From: Erysipelotrichaceae bacterium | GTDB taxonomy: Bacteria; Bacillota_I; Bacilli_A; RFN20; CAG-826 | Reading direction: 5' to 3' | Assembly (NCBI GenBank): GCA_012837435.1 | Contig: DURD01000027.1 | Location: 12,384 to 76,383, forward strand | Length of the DNA: 64,000 nucleotides | Shown: positions 46,211 through 55,076 of the stretch, piece after piece | Layout of the letters: each line of letters begins with the position of its first letter | How positions within the stretch are numbered: the first letter of the stretch is position 1 | Position numbers and translations under genes: made by a program | Notes under the pieces: generated by a model | The model's database searches: none | What the model saw: the letters and a program-made list of their open reading frames with translations, nothing else | Told to the model about the DNA's origin: nothing

Positions 46211-47224
46211 ATGGAAAATAATTTTTATAATGAAATAAAAAGCATATTGATAAATGCAAGAAACAAAGTTTATACTACAGCTAATTTTGCTATGGTTGAG
46301 GCATATTGGAATATAGGTAAAAAAATCATCGAGGAACAGAGCGGCAAGGATACCGCAGAATATGGACAAGGATTAATTAAAGAATTATCGAAGCAAATGA
46401 CCAAAGACTTCGGTAAAGGATTTACAGTTACAAATTTAAAATACATGCGTCAATTTTATCTCACATTTCCAAATGGTCACGCACTGCGTGGCGAATTGAG
46501 CTGGACACATTATCGCAGTTTGATACGTGTAGAAAATGAAAACGCAAGAAACTTTTATTTAGAAGAAGCCATAAAATCTAATTGGAGTACGAGACAACTT
46601 GACAGACAGATAAACAGTTTTTTCTATGAAAGACTCTTATCAAGCCAAAATAAAGAAGAGGTGTCAAAAGAGATACTGAAACTGGAGAAAAGTAAGACAC
46701 CGGAAGACATCATAAGAGATCCGTACGTGTTGGAGTTTTTAGGTTTAGAGCCAAATACCGATTTTTATGAAAGTGATTTGGAACAAGCTTTAATAACTCA
46801 TTTGCAGAAGTTTCTTCTAGAATTAGGCAGAGGATTTTCCTTTGTTGCAAGGCAGAAAAGATTCACATTTGACGGGAGGCATTTCAGAATTGACCTCGTT
46901 TTCTATAACTATATTTTAAAATGCTTTGTTTTAATAGATTTGAAGATTGGAGATTTAACACACCAAGATTTAGGACAAATGCAGATGTATATTCATTATT
47001 ACGAAAGAGAAATGATGAATGAAGGAGACAATCCGCCGATAGGAATTATCTTATGTGCTGATAAAAGTGATTTGGTTGTTAAATACACTTTACCTAAAGA
47101 TGAAAAACAAATATTTGCATCCAAATATAAATTATATCTGCCAAGTGAAGAAGAACTATTGAATGAATTAAATAAAGAGTATTTATCAATGGAAAGGTAT
47201 ATTGATAAGAAAAAAAGAAAATGA
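46211..47224 (+). CDS. YhcG/DUF1016 PD-(D/E)xK nuclease-family protein
   Basis: DUF1016-type N-terminus (NARNKVYTTANFAMVEAYWNIGKKI). C-terminal nuclease core RIDLVFYN...FVLIDLKIG...GQMQMY. Confidence 0.8.
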   Translation: MENNFYNEIKSILINARNKVYTTANFAMVEAYWNIGKKIIEEQSGKDTAEYGQGLIKELSKQMTKDFGKGFTVTNLKYMRQFYLTFPNGHALRGELSWTHYRSLIRVENENARNFYLEEAIKSNWSTRQLDRQINSFFYERLLSSQNKEEVSKEILKLEKSKTPEDIIRDPYVLEFLGLEPNTDFYESDLEQALITHLQKFLLELGRGFSFVARQKRFTFDGRHFRIDLVFYNYILKCFVLIDLKIGDLTHQDLGQMQMYIHYYEREMMNEGDNPPIGIILCADKSDLVVKYTLPKDEKQIFASKYKLYLPSEEELLNELNKEYLSMERYIDKKKRK

Positions 47225-47293
47225 TTGAGTAGTAAATTCGGTCCACGCAACCCCATCGAAAATGGTTTGACAAACTGATAATATTTGAGTCAG

Positions 47294-47323
47294 AGCGATT
47301 AGGAAAAGTCCCAATCGCTTTTT
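47294..47323 (+). terminator. Rho-independent terminator
   Basis: Stem AGCGATT (47294-47300) / AATCGCT (47313-47319), 12-nt loop, T-run. Confidence 0.6.
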
Positions 47324-47461
47324 AATTGCACGAAAAATGGAGAAAACAATATCTAAGAAAATAAAAAAAGAAACAAACTTTCCCACCAAAGATCGCTTTA
47401 CCTCTTACCCCTGAATGAGACAAATTAATGGCGTGCATAAACAAATTAATTAACATTTTTA

Positions 47462-47489
47462 TTGTGGAAGTTTTAATATACGCTATAAT
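47462..47489 (+). promoter_or_regulatory. Candidate promoter of the orphan ATPase
   Basis: TTGTGG (47462-47467), 16-nt spacer, TATAAT (47484-47489). AAGAGGGA RBS at 47524-47531. Confidence 0.35.
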
Positions 47490-47537
47490 GTATTTGTTCA
47501 AAAAACTTGAACTAATATAAAATAAGAGGGAAGAAAT

Positions 47538-48656
47538 ATGGCAGTTTTAACAATTGAATTTGATAACTTTCTTTGTTTCGACAACTTTGTAGCGGATTTT
47601 ACCTATCCTAAAAAATTGGTCAATAGTTCTTTAAAAAACGAATGTTTGAAAAAATTTCCAAATATAAGGGTCAGGAAGGCAAATATCATCATAGGTTCTA
47701 ATGCTTCTGGCAAGACGTCTTTTGGTCGAGCGATATGGCATGTTTTCATGTTCTTGAAAAATAAAGAAGCAATTAAGATTACGAGCTTGATAAAAAACGT
47801 GAATAAAGATACAAACATCTTAATGGATTATATTGATGCTGATGGTCTTTTTTCTCGTATTGAAATTTTGGCAAAGGCGAACAATCAAGGAATTGATGTC
47901 AAAATAAGACAACTGGAAGCAAAACCTAACGATACATATGAAATGCTAGTTAAGAGATTGCCAAACGATGTATTGTTCGAGAATTACATCGTCGCATTAG
48001 AAAAAATAATTCCTCTTGGGTGGAATTTTGTTTTTCCTTCTATCGAAAGCGGTGGTTTTGAACTCATTTATTGTGATTTTATAAAAGAAGAAGAGAAACC
48101 TCTTTTTTGCAAAATATTTAAAAATGTCTTAATTATTATGGATGTTTCAATTAAAACGGTGTATCCATCCAACGAAGTTGAAAATTCATATATCATAGTT
48201 TTTGTCGATAATACCAAAATTCATATTTCTCATGGTGATAAAATTAATGAAATAAAAAAACTTTCGTCTGGGACTAAATATGCCGCTAACATTGCGCAAA
48301 TTTTATTTTGCATTTCTAAGTATAAAAATGGTTTTTATTTTGTGGATGAACAATTTTCGTATGTCAATTCAGACATAGAAATTGCTTGTTTGTCAAAAAT
48401 GATTTCTCTGTTAGGCGACAGCGAACAACTGTTCTTTACCACTCATAATACGGAAATATTGAATCTTAATCTCCCCATACATTCTTTCAATTTCCTAGTT
48501 AAAGAAAAAAATGAAGATGGTGTGCAAATTAAGTGGCTCAACGCTTCTCAATTTGAAAAAAGAAATAACGTGAGAATAAAAAATCTTTACGATAACAATT
48601 ATTTTGACATTAGTCCGAATGTTAACCCGATTTTTGACATTGGAGAAAGTTGTTGA
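47538..48656 (+). CDS. Orphan ABC-type (AAA_21-like) ATPase
   Basis: Walker A GSNASGKTS, signature-like LSSGTKYA, Walker B-like YFVDEQFSY, H-loop TTHNTE. Same size and motif order as the 42460 ATPase. Confidence 0.7.
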   Translation: MAVLTIEFDNFLCFDNFVADFTYPKKLVNSSLKNECLKKFPNIRVRKANIIIGSNASGKTSFGRAIWHVFMFLKNKEAIKITSLIKNVNKDTNILMDYIDADGLFSRIEILAKANNQGIDVKIRQLEAKPNDTYEMLVKRLPNDVLFENYIVALEKIIPLGWNFVFPSIESGGFELIYCDFIKEEEKPLFCKIFKNVLIIMDVSIKTVYPSNEVENSYIIVFVDNTKIHISHGDKINEIKKLSSGTKYAANIAQILFCISKYKNGFYFVDEQFSYVNSDIEIACLSKMISLLGDSEQLFFTTHNTEILNLNLPIHSFNFLVKEKNEDGVQIKWLNASQFEKRNNVRIKNLYDNNYFDISPNVNPIFDIGESC

Positions 48657-48735
48657 TGGATACAAAAACAATAGCAAAGTAATAAAAATAAAAGATAATT
48701 CACATCTCTTTGATATAATATAAAACGTAAAAGTT

Positions 48736-49965
48736 ATGAAAAAATATATTGCTAAAAGAAGCGAACAAGGGATATCTAAAACCGATATCATCGCTATTAA
48801 CAGTAAAGCTAAACAAGATGCACTAAATGGCAATCAAGTCATCAATGCTTCTATCGGTACTTTTTTAGAAGATGATAAAACACTAGGTTTTTTATCTATG
48901 GTTAAAGAAGCACTAAGTGAACACATTAATGATTCTTTAGGCTATCCTAGCAGTTTAGGAGATCCCCAGTATCTTAAAGGTATCATGAACTATGTTTTTG
49001 AAGATAAGTTAGAGACCATTAATAAGTTATATCATCCCTTTATTGGAGCCACGCTAGGGGGAACCGGCGCTATTTCTTTATCTCTTAATTTATTTTTAGA
49101 AGAAGGCGAAGCAGTTCTTTTACCTAATATCATGTGGTCAAATTATAAATTGGTTGCCACTAAAGCCAAAGTTAAATATCTGACATATGAGATGTTTAAT
49201 GAAGATAATAAATTTAATATTGCTTCCGTTAAAGAAACCATCAAAAAAGCATTTAGCGAACATCGCCGTGCTGTTTTAATCATCAATGATCCATGTCAAA
49301 ACCCCACAGGTTATTGCATGGATAAACAAGAGTACGATGATTTATTTACGATGTTAAACGAAGAAGGTAAAAACGGTCAGTTAATTGTCTTATTCGATAT
49401 CGCTTATATTTCTTTTTTAAATATCAATGATGGCCGTTGTCCTCTTATTGATAAATTGTGTGAAGGTAATACTTCTTTCTTATCTCTAATCGCTTTTTCC
49501 ACTTCTAAAACATTAGGGACTTATGGTTTAAGAATGGGGGCTTTAATTGCTCTAGTGGATAGCGAAGAAGAAAAAGAACAACTATCTAATAGTTTTTATG
49601 CCTTAGCTAGAGGCACTTATAGTGTGCCAGTAGGAAGCGCCCAAGCAGCGATTGCTAACTTATTTAATGATCCTAATAAAATTAATCAGCTGCACACTGA
49701 AATTAAAAGAAATTCCGACCTGATGTATAACCGCAGTAAACTCTTACTTAAATATTTAGATAAATACGACATCGACCATTATCCATACAAATGCGGTTTC
49801 TTTGTGACACTGAAAGTGGAAGACGCTTACGGACTAGCGGAGAAGCTAGAAAAAGAACATATGTATGTCGTTCCGATGAACAACCATTCGGTTAGAATTG
49901 CTTTGTCTGGCTTAAACGACGAAGAAATCGTTACTTTGATAACTAAGATAAAAGAATTAATTTAA
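48736..49965 (+). CDS. Class I/II PLP aminotransferase (aspartate/aromatic type)
   Basis: NPTGY and FSTSKTLGTYGLRMG (PLP lysine). Composition is core-like. Confidence 0.8.
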   Translation: MKKYIAKRSEQGISKTDIIAINSKAKQDALNGNQVINASIGTFLEDDKTLGFLSMVKEALSEHINDSLGYPSSLGDPQYLKGIMNYVFEDKLETINKLYHPFIGATLGGTGAISLSLNLFLEEGEAVLLPNIMWSNYKLVATKAKVKYLTYEMFNEDNKFNIASVKETIKKAFSEHRRAVLIINDPCQNPTGYCMDKQEYDDLFTMLNEEGKNGQLIVLFDIAYISFLNINDGRCPLIDKLCEGNTSFLSLIAFSTSKTLGTYGLRMGALIALVDSEEEKEQLSNSFYALARGTYSVPVGSAQAAIANLFNDPNKINQLHTEIKRNSDLMYNRSKLLLKYLDKYDIDHYPYKCGFFVTLKVEDAYGLAEKLEKEHMYVVPMNNHSVRIALSGLNDEEIVTLITKIKELI

Positions 49966-50034
49966 TTTTTTGGAATCTCAAAATATTTAAGCGGCTTTTC
50001 GATGTCGAATTTATATCTATAAAAAAAGATTGAA

Positions 50035-50056
50035 GACGACAAATGTGTCGTTTTTT
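50035..50056 (+). terminator. Small Rho-independent terminator
   Basis: Stem GACGACA (50035-50041) / TGTCGTT (50046-50052), 4-nt loop, T-run. Confidence 0.5.
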
Positions 50057-50135
50057 CACTATGTGTTGACACGCTTAAAAAAGAAACTGGTGTGTCTATT
50101 TTAAGGTTATCAACACAAAGTAGATAATTAAAAAA

Positions 50136-50227
50136 TGCAAAATATGGAATGAAACACTTGCAAAATATGGAATAAAATGTCTGCAAAATATGGAATGAAA
50201 CACTTGCAAAATATGGAATTGAGTTAT
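50136..50227. repeat. Four head-to-tail 23-bp direct repeats (core TGCAAAATATGGAAT)
   Basis: Units start at 50136, 50159, 50182 and 50205. Units 1 and 3 are identical (TGCAAAATATGGAATGAAACACT). Units 2 and 4 share the 15-nt core. Confidence 0.95.
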
Positions 50228-50232
50228 ATAAT
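50204..50232 (+). promoter_or_regulatory. Candidate promoter embedded in the last repeat
   Basis: TTGCAA (50204-50209), 17-nt spacer, TATAAT (50227-50232). Confidence 0.4.
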
Positions 50233-50251
50233 TCACTTGAGAATGATGAAT

Positions 50252-51514
50252 ATGACGAATATTAACTATCGAAAAAGATTAATTGAATCAAGAATTAAAA
50301 AGACAATGGGTTTCAGTGGTGGCGTAGTTATTGAGGGCGCCAAATGGGTCGGTAAATCAACTACCGCTAGTCTTTTTGCCAATACTATAGTAAAACTACA
50401 AAACCCAATAATTAGAGAAAAATATAAAGCCCTTGCAACCATTTCAAAAGAAAAAGTGCTGGAAGGTGAAAAACCTATTTTGTTTGACGAATGGCAAGAT
50501 GTTCCTGAAATATGGGATTTTATTCGGATTGATATCGATGAATATAATCATAAGGGAACCTATCTTCTAACGGGGTCAACAAGAAAACAAAACGTAAAAA
50601 CATCCCATACAGGAACAGGAAGAATTAACTCTGTTTATATGAGGCCGATGAGTCTATATGAAAGCGGTGAGTCTAATGGAAAGGTATCGCTAAATGATTT
50701 GTTTAATCATCCCGATAATATCCCCTCTATTTCCATGTCTACGATAAGCATTGATGAGATGGCAAAGCTAATTTGCAGAGGCGGATGGCCAGGAAGTCTC
50801 GATTTAGAAGAAGACTTCCAATTTGAGCTTCCCAAACATCTTTTAAAAAGCATTATCGAAAAAGACTCTGATGAAGTTGATGGAATATCTAAAGATAAAG
50901 AAAAATTAGCAAAAATTGTTAGAAGTTATGCCAGAAACATCTCTACCTTAGCAACAAATTCAACAATCTTTAAAGATCAATCATCTGAGGAAATAGTAAG
51001 TTTCAAAACCTTTGATACTTATGTGAACGCTCTAAAAAGATTGTTTATTGTAGAAGATGTTTTGCCGTGGTCTCCGAGCATTAGAAGTTCTTCAAGACTT
51101 AGAAAAGGTAGCAAAAGACAATTCGTAGATCCTAGTATTGCCGCTGCTGCTTTAGATATTTCTCCTAAGAAATTATTAAATGATTTTAAAACCTTTGGTT
51201 TTTTATTTGAATCAATTGTTACACGAGATGTCAGAATTTATTCAGAAGAAATTGGTGGTAAAGTTTATCATTACAATGATTCAACGGGATTGGAAGTCGA
51301 TTTAATTGTTGAATTAAGAGATGGTTCATGGGGAGGTATTGAAGTTAAGCTAGGTAGTAATGAATTAGATAAAGCGAGCGCTCATCTATTAAAACTAGCG
51401 GATATTTCTGAAGTTAAACCCTCATTTCTAATGATAGTGACTAATACTGAGATGGCCTATCAAAGAAAAGAAGATGGCATTTATGTTGTACCTCTTGGTT
51501 GTCTAGGGGCTTAA
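50252..51514 (+). CDS. AAA_14/DUF4143-family ATPase
   Basis: Walker A GAKWVGKST, Walker B ILFDEWQ, and a C-terminal DUF4143-like region. The start is moved to ATG 50252 because the ORF-track 5' end (50177) is made of the tandem repeats. Confidence 0.7.
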   Translation: MTNINYRKRLIESRIKKTMGFSGGVVIEGAKWVGKSTTASLFANTIVKLQNPIIREKYKALATISKEKVLEGEKPILFDEWQDVPEIWDFIRIDIDEYNHKGTYLLTGSTRKQNVKTSHTGTGRINSVYMRPMSLYESGESNGKVSLNDLFNHPDNIPSISMSTISIDEMAKLICRGGWPGSLDLEEDFQFELPKHLLKSIIEKDSDEVDGISKDKEKLAKIVRSYARNISTLATNSTIFKDQSSEEIVSFKTFDTYVNALKRLFIVEDVLPWSPSIRSSSRLRKGSKRQFVDPSIAAAALDISPKKLLNDFKTFGFLFESIVTRDVRIYSEEIGGKVYHYNDSTGLEVDLIVELRDGSWGGIEVKLGSNELDKASAHLLKLADISEVKPSFLMIVTNTEMAYQRKEDGIYVVPLGCLGA

Positions 51515-51602
51515 ATTAAATAGCAGGCTTGTAACACAATAAAGTTTTTTCATATTTACTGTCAATATGTTATGATTTTTCTAGTATAAGAAGGTTACAT
51601 TT

Positions 51603-52949
51603 ATGTATAAGAGTGATTATTTAAATCGGGTATTAGAACAGACAAAAAACACTTATCCTGAACAAAAAGAATTTGTCCAAGCGGTAGAGGAGTTTTTAGA
51701 TTCTATGGATTTTTTAGTTTCTAAAGATCCTAAGATTGAAGGGAACGCTATTCTTGAACGTCTCATCGTTCCCGAAAGAATTATTCAATTTAGAGTCCCA
51801 TGGGTCGATGATAATAACAAGATTAGAGTCAATACTGGTTATAGAGTACAATTCAACTCTGCGATCGGTCCCTATAAAGGGGGCATTAGATTCGATAAGT
51901 CGGTTAATTTATCGATTCTTAAATTCTTAGCTTTCGAACAGACATTTAAGAATTCTTTAACCGGTTTACCTATGGGAGGCGCAAAAGGCGGAAGCGACTT
52001 TGATCCGAGAGGTAAGAGCGACAAAGAAGTCATGAGATTTTGTCAATCCTTCATGGCCGAATTATATCGCCATATTGGCCCTCACACTGATATTCCCGCG
52101 GGAGATTTAGGGGTAGGTGCTAGAGAGATTGGTTATATGTTTGGTTATTATAAAAAACTAAAAAACGAATGGAGTGGGGTTTTTACTGGTAAAGGTTTAT
52201 CTTATGGGGGCTCTTTATATCGCCCAGAAGCCACTGGCTTTGGTTTATTGTATTTTACCGAAGAAATGCTAAAAACGTATTTTAAAAGCGATATTAAGGG
52301 TAAACGGGTGTTAATCTCGGGAAGTGGTAAAGTCGGCTCTATGGCGGCCTTAAAGGCCAAAGAATTAGGGGCCATTATTGTCGGCATGTCCGACATCAAT
52401 GGCTGTGTCGTAGATCCTAATGGTTTAGAGGTTGAAGAGATTCTTAATTTAGCCAAAGCTAAAGGTGAATTCGTCAATGAATATATTAAAAAATATCCAG
52501 ATGTTAAATATAGCAAAGTCGCGAGAGACTTATGGAAAACCCCTTGCGATATTGCTTTACCATGCGCCACCCAAGGAGAAATTAATTTAGATAACGCTAA
52601 AGAATTAAAAGAAGGGGGTTGTTATCTACTTGTGGAAGGCGCTAATATGCCGTGTGATTTAGAAGCCATTAGATTCTTTAATGAAAACGATATTATCTTT
52701 TCTTCTGGCAAAGCCTCCAATGCTGGAGGAGTCGCCGTATCGGGATTAGAAATGGCTCAAAACGCTACTTTCTCATCTTGGAGCAAAGAAGAAGTTGATG
52801 AAAAGTTGCGCAAAATCATGAAGAACATCTTTAATGAGTGCTATCAAACTGCGTGTCAGTATGGTCAACCGAAGAATTTAGCTTTAGGCGCGAATATCGC
52901 CGGATTCTTAAAAGTCTATGAAGCGATGCTCGCTCAAGGAATTGTTTAA
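51603..52949 (+). CDS. gdhA: NADP-specific glutamate dehydrogenase
   Basis: Catalytic GGAKGG motif, dinucleotide fold GSGKVG, 448 aa. Confidence 0.92.
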   Translation: MYKSDYLNRVLEQTKNTYPEQKEFVQAVEEFLDSMDFLVSKDPKIEGNAILERLIVPERIIQFRVPWVDDNNKIRVNTGYRVQFNSAIGPYKGGIRFDKSVNLSILKFLAFEQTFKNSLTGLPMGGAKGGSDFDPRGKSDKEVMRFCQSFMAELYRHIGPHTDIPAGDLGVGAREIGYMFGYYKKLKNEWSGVFTGKGLSYGGSLYRPEATGFGLLYFTEEMLKTYFKSDIKGKRVLISGSGKVGSMAALKAKELGAIIVGMSDINGCVVDPNGLEVEEILNLAKAKGEFVNEYIKKYPDVKYSKVARDLWKTPCDIALPCATQGEINLDNAKELKEGGCYLLVEGANMPCDLEAIRFFNENDIIFSSGKASNAGGVAVSGLEMAQNATFSSWSKEEVDEKLRKIMKNIFNECYQTACQYGQPKNLALGANIAGFLKVYEAMLAQGIV

Positions 52950-53016
52950 GGCGCTTCAAACTTTAGGGGGGACTGATTGATTAAAAATCCTCCAAAGTTA
53001 AAGGGGGACCATAATA

Positions 53017-53046
53017 GGTCGGAATTATAATTTTCCGGCCTTTTTT
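53017..53046 (+). terminator. Rho-independent terminator after gdhA
   Basis: Stem GGTCGGAA (53017-53024) / TTCCGGCC (53033-53040) with one G-U pair, 8-nt loop, T6. Confidence 0.65.
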
Positions 53047-53357
53047 ACCCTAGGTAGATGGGAGCAGGCATGCTTACTTATTATTTTGTTTTCAAGTCAT
53101 ATAATTCTAGAAGAACACATTGAATTAACAAAAAGGGTATCGAAAGTTCTGCAAAGTGCTTAAAGAAGAACAGTGGTGTTTCTTATAAGTCATATTTCTT
53201 ATCCGATATTGATTTGTTTGTTGGTTTAATCGTTGTTGATTCCAAGACTTATTAATAATTTTTATTAAATATAGCGCAGCATTAATACAAAACTCCTGAA
53301 TTATGGAGTTGCAAATACAAAATTGCCTTGATAGGTTTTAAAGTAGTGGGATCAATT

Positions 53358-53501
53358 ATGTGGCCATTTAAAAAGAAGACAAAGAAAACCAAAGAATCCA
53401 AAAGCAAAAAGAAGAGAAGATGGAGCCAACCAAGAGAAGAACACAATTTTGATGAACATCTATCGGATGAAGAATTTTTTGAGATTATGGAGGACGACTG
53501 A
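53358..53501 (+). CDS. Possible 47-aa charge-dipole peptide
   Basis: Not in the ORF track. Sequence MWPFKKKTKKTKESKSKKKRRWSQPREEHNFDEHLSDEEFFEIMEDD. The only RBS candidate is a weak GTGGGA. Confidence 0.2.
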   Translation: MWPFKKKTKKTKESKSKKKRRWSQPREEHNFDEHLSDEEFFEIMEDD

Positions 53502-53656
53502 TATTGATAAATATGCTGATTTAGCTGAATACTTAAAACGTGAAAACAGAATTTAATTTAAGAATTCACATCTTTTTCGAAATACGAAATTATTAGTTGC
53601 AATAGTGCTTACTAAACTATACAATGTAAGCACAAATACAACAAGAGAAAAAGACT

Positions 53657-54250
53657 ATGGATTATGTAAAACAAATAAAAGAGATAATGAAAAAGACTGG
53701 GGGATTCGTTACAAGTAAAGAAGTAAGGGATTCTAATATTCCTACGATATATCTGACGCGAATGGTGGAAACAGGTGAGATCATTCGAGCGGATAGAGGA
53801 ATATACATTCTCCCTGATGGAGACTACGATGAATATTACTTTTTTCACAAAAGATATAAAGTCGCCATATTTTCCTATGCATCGGCTTTGTACCTTCATC
53901 AATTTACGGATATAATCCCCGAAGAGATCGAAATTACAGTATATAAAGGTTATAATCCTCATCGGATAAGCGGAAAGGTAAGAGTCCGCTATGTCACAAA
54001 AGCAATTTATAATTTGGGAGTTACACAATGTAAAACTGTCTTTGGAAATACGGTAAAAGTCTATGATTTGGAAAGAACAATTTGCGATTTAGTTAAAAAT
54101 AGAAACGAAATAGAGACAGAACTGTTTTCTAAAACCATCAATAAATATGTTCGTGATAAAAACAAGGATTTGAATAAGCTCTACGAGTATTCTAAGAAGA
54201 TGAAGATATACGAAAAAGTAAAAGAAATTTTGGAGATTGTTTATGAATAA
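53657..54250 (+). CDS. AbiEi-family type IV antitoxin (wHTH)
   Basis: N-terminal GGFVTSKEVRDSNIPTIYLTRMVETGEIIRADRGIY is typical of AbiEi. It overlaps the downstream toxin gene. Confidence 0.8.
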   Translation: MDYVKQIKEIMKKTGGFVTSKEVRDSNIPTIYLTRMVETGEIIRADRGIYILPDGDYDEYYFFHKRYKVAIFSYASALYLHQFTDIIPEEIEITVYKGYNPHRISGKVRVRYVTKAIYNLGVTQCKTVFGNTVKVYDLERTICDLVKNRNEIETELFSKTINKYVRDKNKDLNKLYEYSKKMKIYEKVKEILEIVYE

Positions 54251-55076
54251 AGGCAAGTTAAGAGCAAAATGCCAAAAAATATCAAAAGAAACAGGGCTTA
54301 GTTTTAATTCGATACAGACACATTATTTTTTAGAAAGCATTTTAGAAAAAATAGCAGAAAGCGACGAGAATGAAAATTTTATTTTCAAAGGTGGGTTTTT
54401 ACTTGCAAATGTAATTGGAATCAGACAAAGAAGCACAGTGGATATTGATTTTCTTATAAGAAGATTCTCACTTACAAAAGAAAATATAGAGCAAAGATTT
54501 AAAAGAATTCTTCAGACTGGAAATGACAATGGGATTACTTACGAAATTCAAAAGATTGAAGAAATCCATAAAGAAGATGAATACGGCGGGTTTAGAATTG
54601 AGATTCTTTGCAGATTGGAAAACATAAGGCAGATTATTCCACTCGATATAGCGACAGGCGATCCGATTACTCCAAATGAAATATCTTACAAATACAAAAG
54701 CATTTTTAGCGATAAAGTTTTTGAGATTTGTGCCTATAACATAGAAACAACGCTTGCCGAGAAGATCCAAACAGTCTATCAAAGAGGAGTGTTCAACAGC
54801 AGAAGTAAGGATTTTTATGATATTTATGTCATATATCATCTGAAGAAAGACGAAATAGACTTTAGAAATCTAAAGAAAGCGTGCCAAAATACATTCAAGC
54901 ATAGAAACACAGATTTTAACATAGATAGTATTCTTGATGTGTTACAAAACTTAAAAGATGAGCAAGACCTTAAAACACGATGGAAAAGTTATCAAAAACG
55001 ATTTACCTACGCAGAAAAAGTTAGTTTTGACGATGTGATAAATACGGCGATAGAACTTATAGAAAACATAAGATAA
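54243..55076 (+). CDS. AbiEii/AbiGii nucleotidyltransferase toxin (DUF1814)
   Basis: FKGGFLLANVIGIRQRSTVDIDF (GG...S.DID NTase motif). 8-nt overlap with the AbiEi gene. Confidence 0.85.
   Translation: MNKGKLRAKCQKISKETGLSFNSIQTHYFLESILEKIAESDENENFIFKGGFLLANVIGIRQRSTVDIDFLIRRFSLTKENIEQRFKRILQTGNDNGITYEIQKIEEIHKEDEYGGFRIEILCRLENIRQIIPLDIATGDPITPNEISYKYKSIFSDKVFEICAYNIETTLAEKIQTVYQRGVFNSRSKDFYDIYVIYHLKKDEIDFRNLKKACQNTFKHRNTDFNIDSILDVLQNLKDEQDLKTRWKSYQKRFTYAEKVSFDDVINTAIELIENIR

Noticed and set aside
50136-50227. Could the 23-bp repeats be a mini CRISPR array?
   Set aside because: The units are contiguous with no spacers. Only four copies are present, no cas genes are in the window, and the array overlaps a promoter. 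Regulatory or iteron-like repeats are the better reading.
50177-50251. 5' extension of the DUF4143 ATPase ORF (MSAKYGMKHLQNMELS...)
   Set aside because: These codons are simply the tandem 23-bp repeats read as protein, and a promoter-like TTGCAA-17-TATAAT lies inside them.
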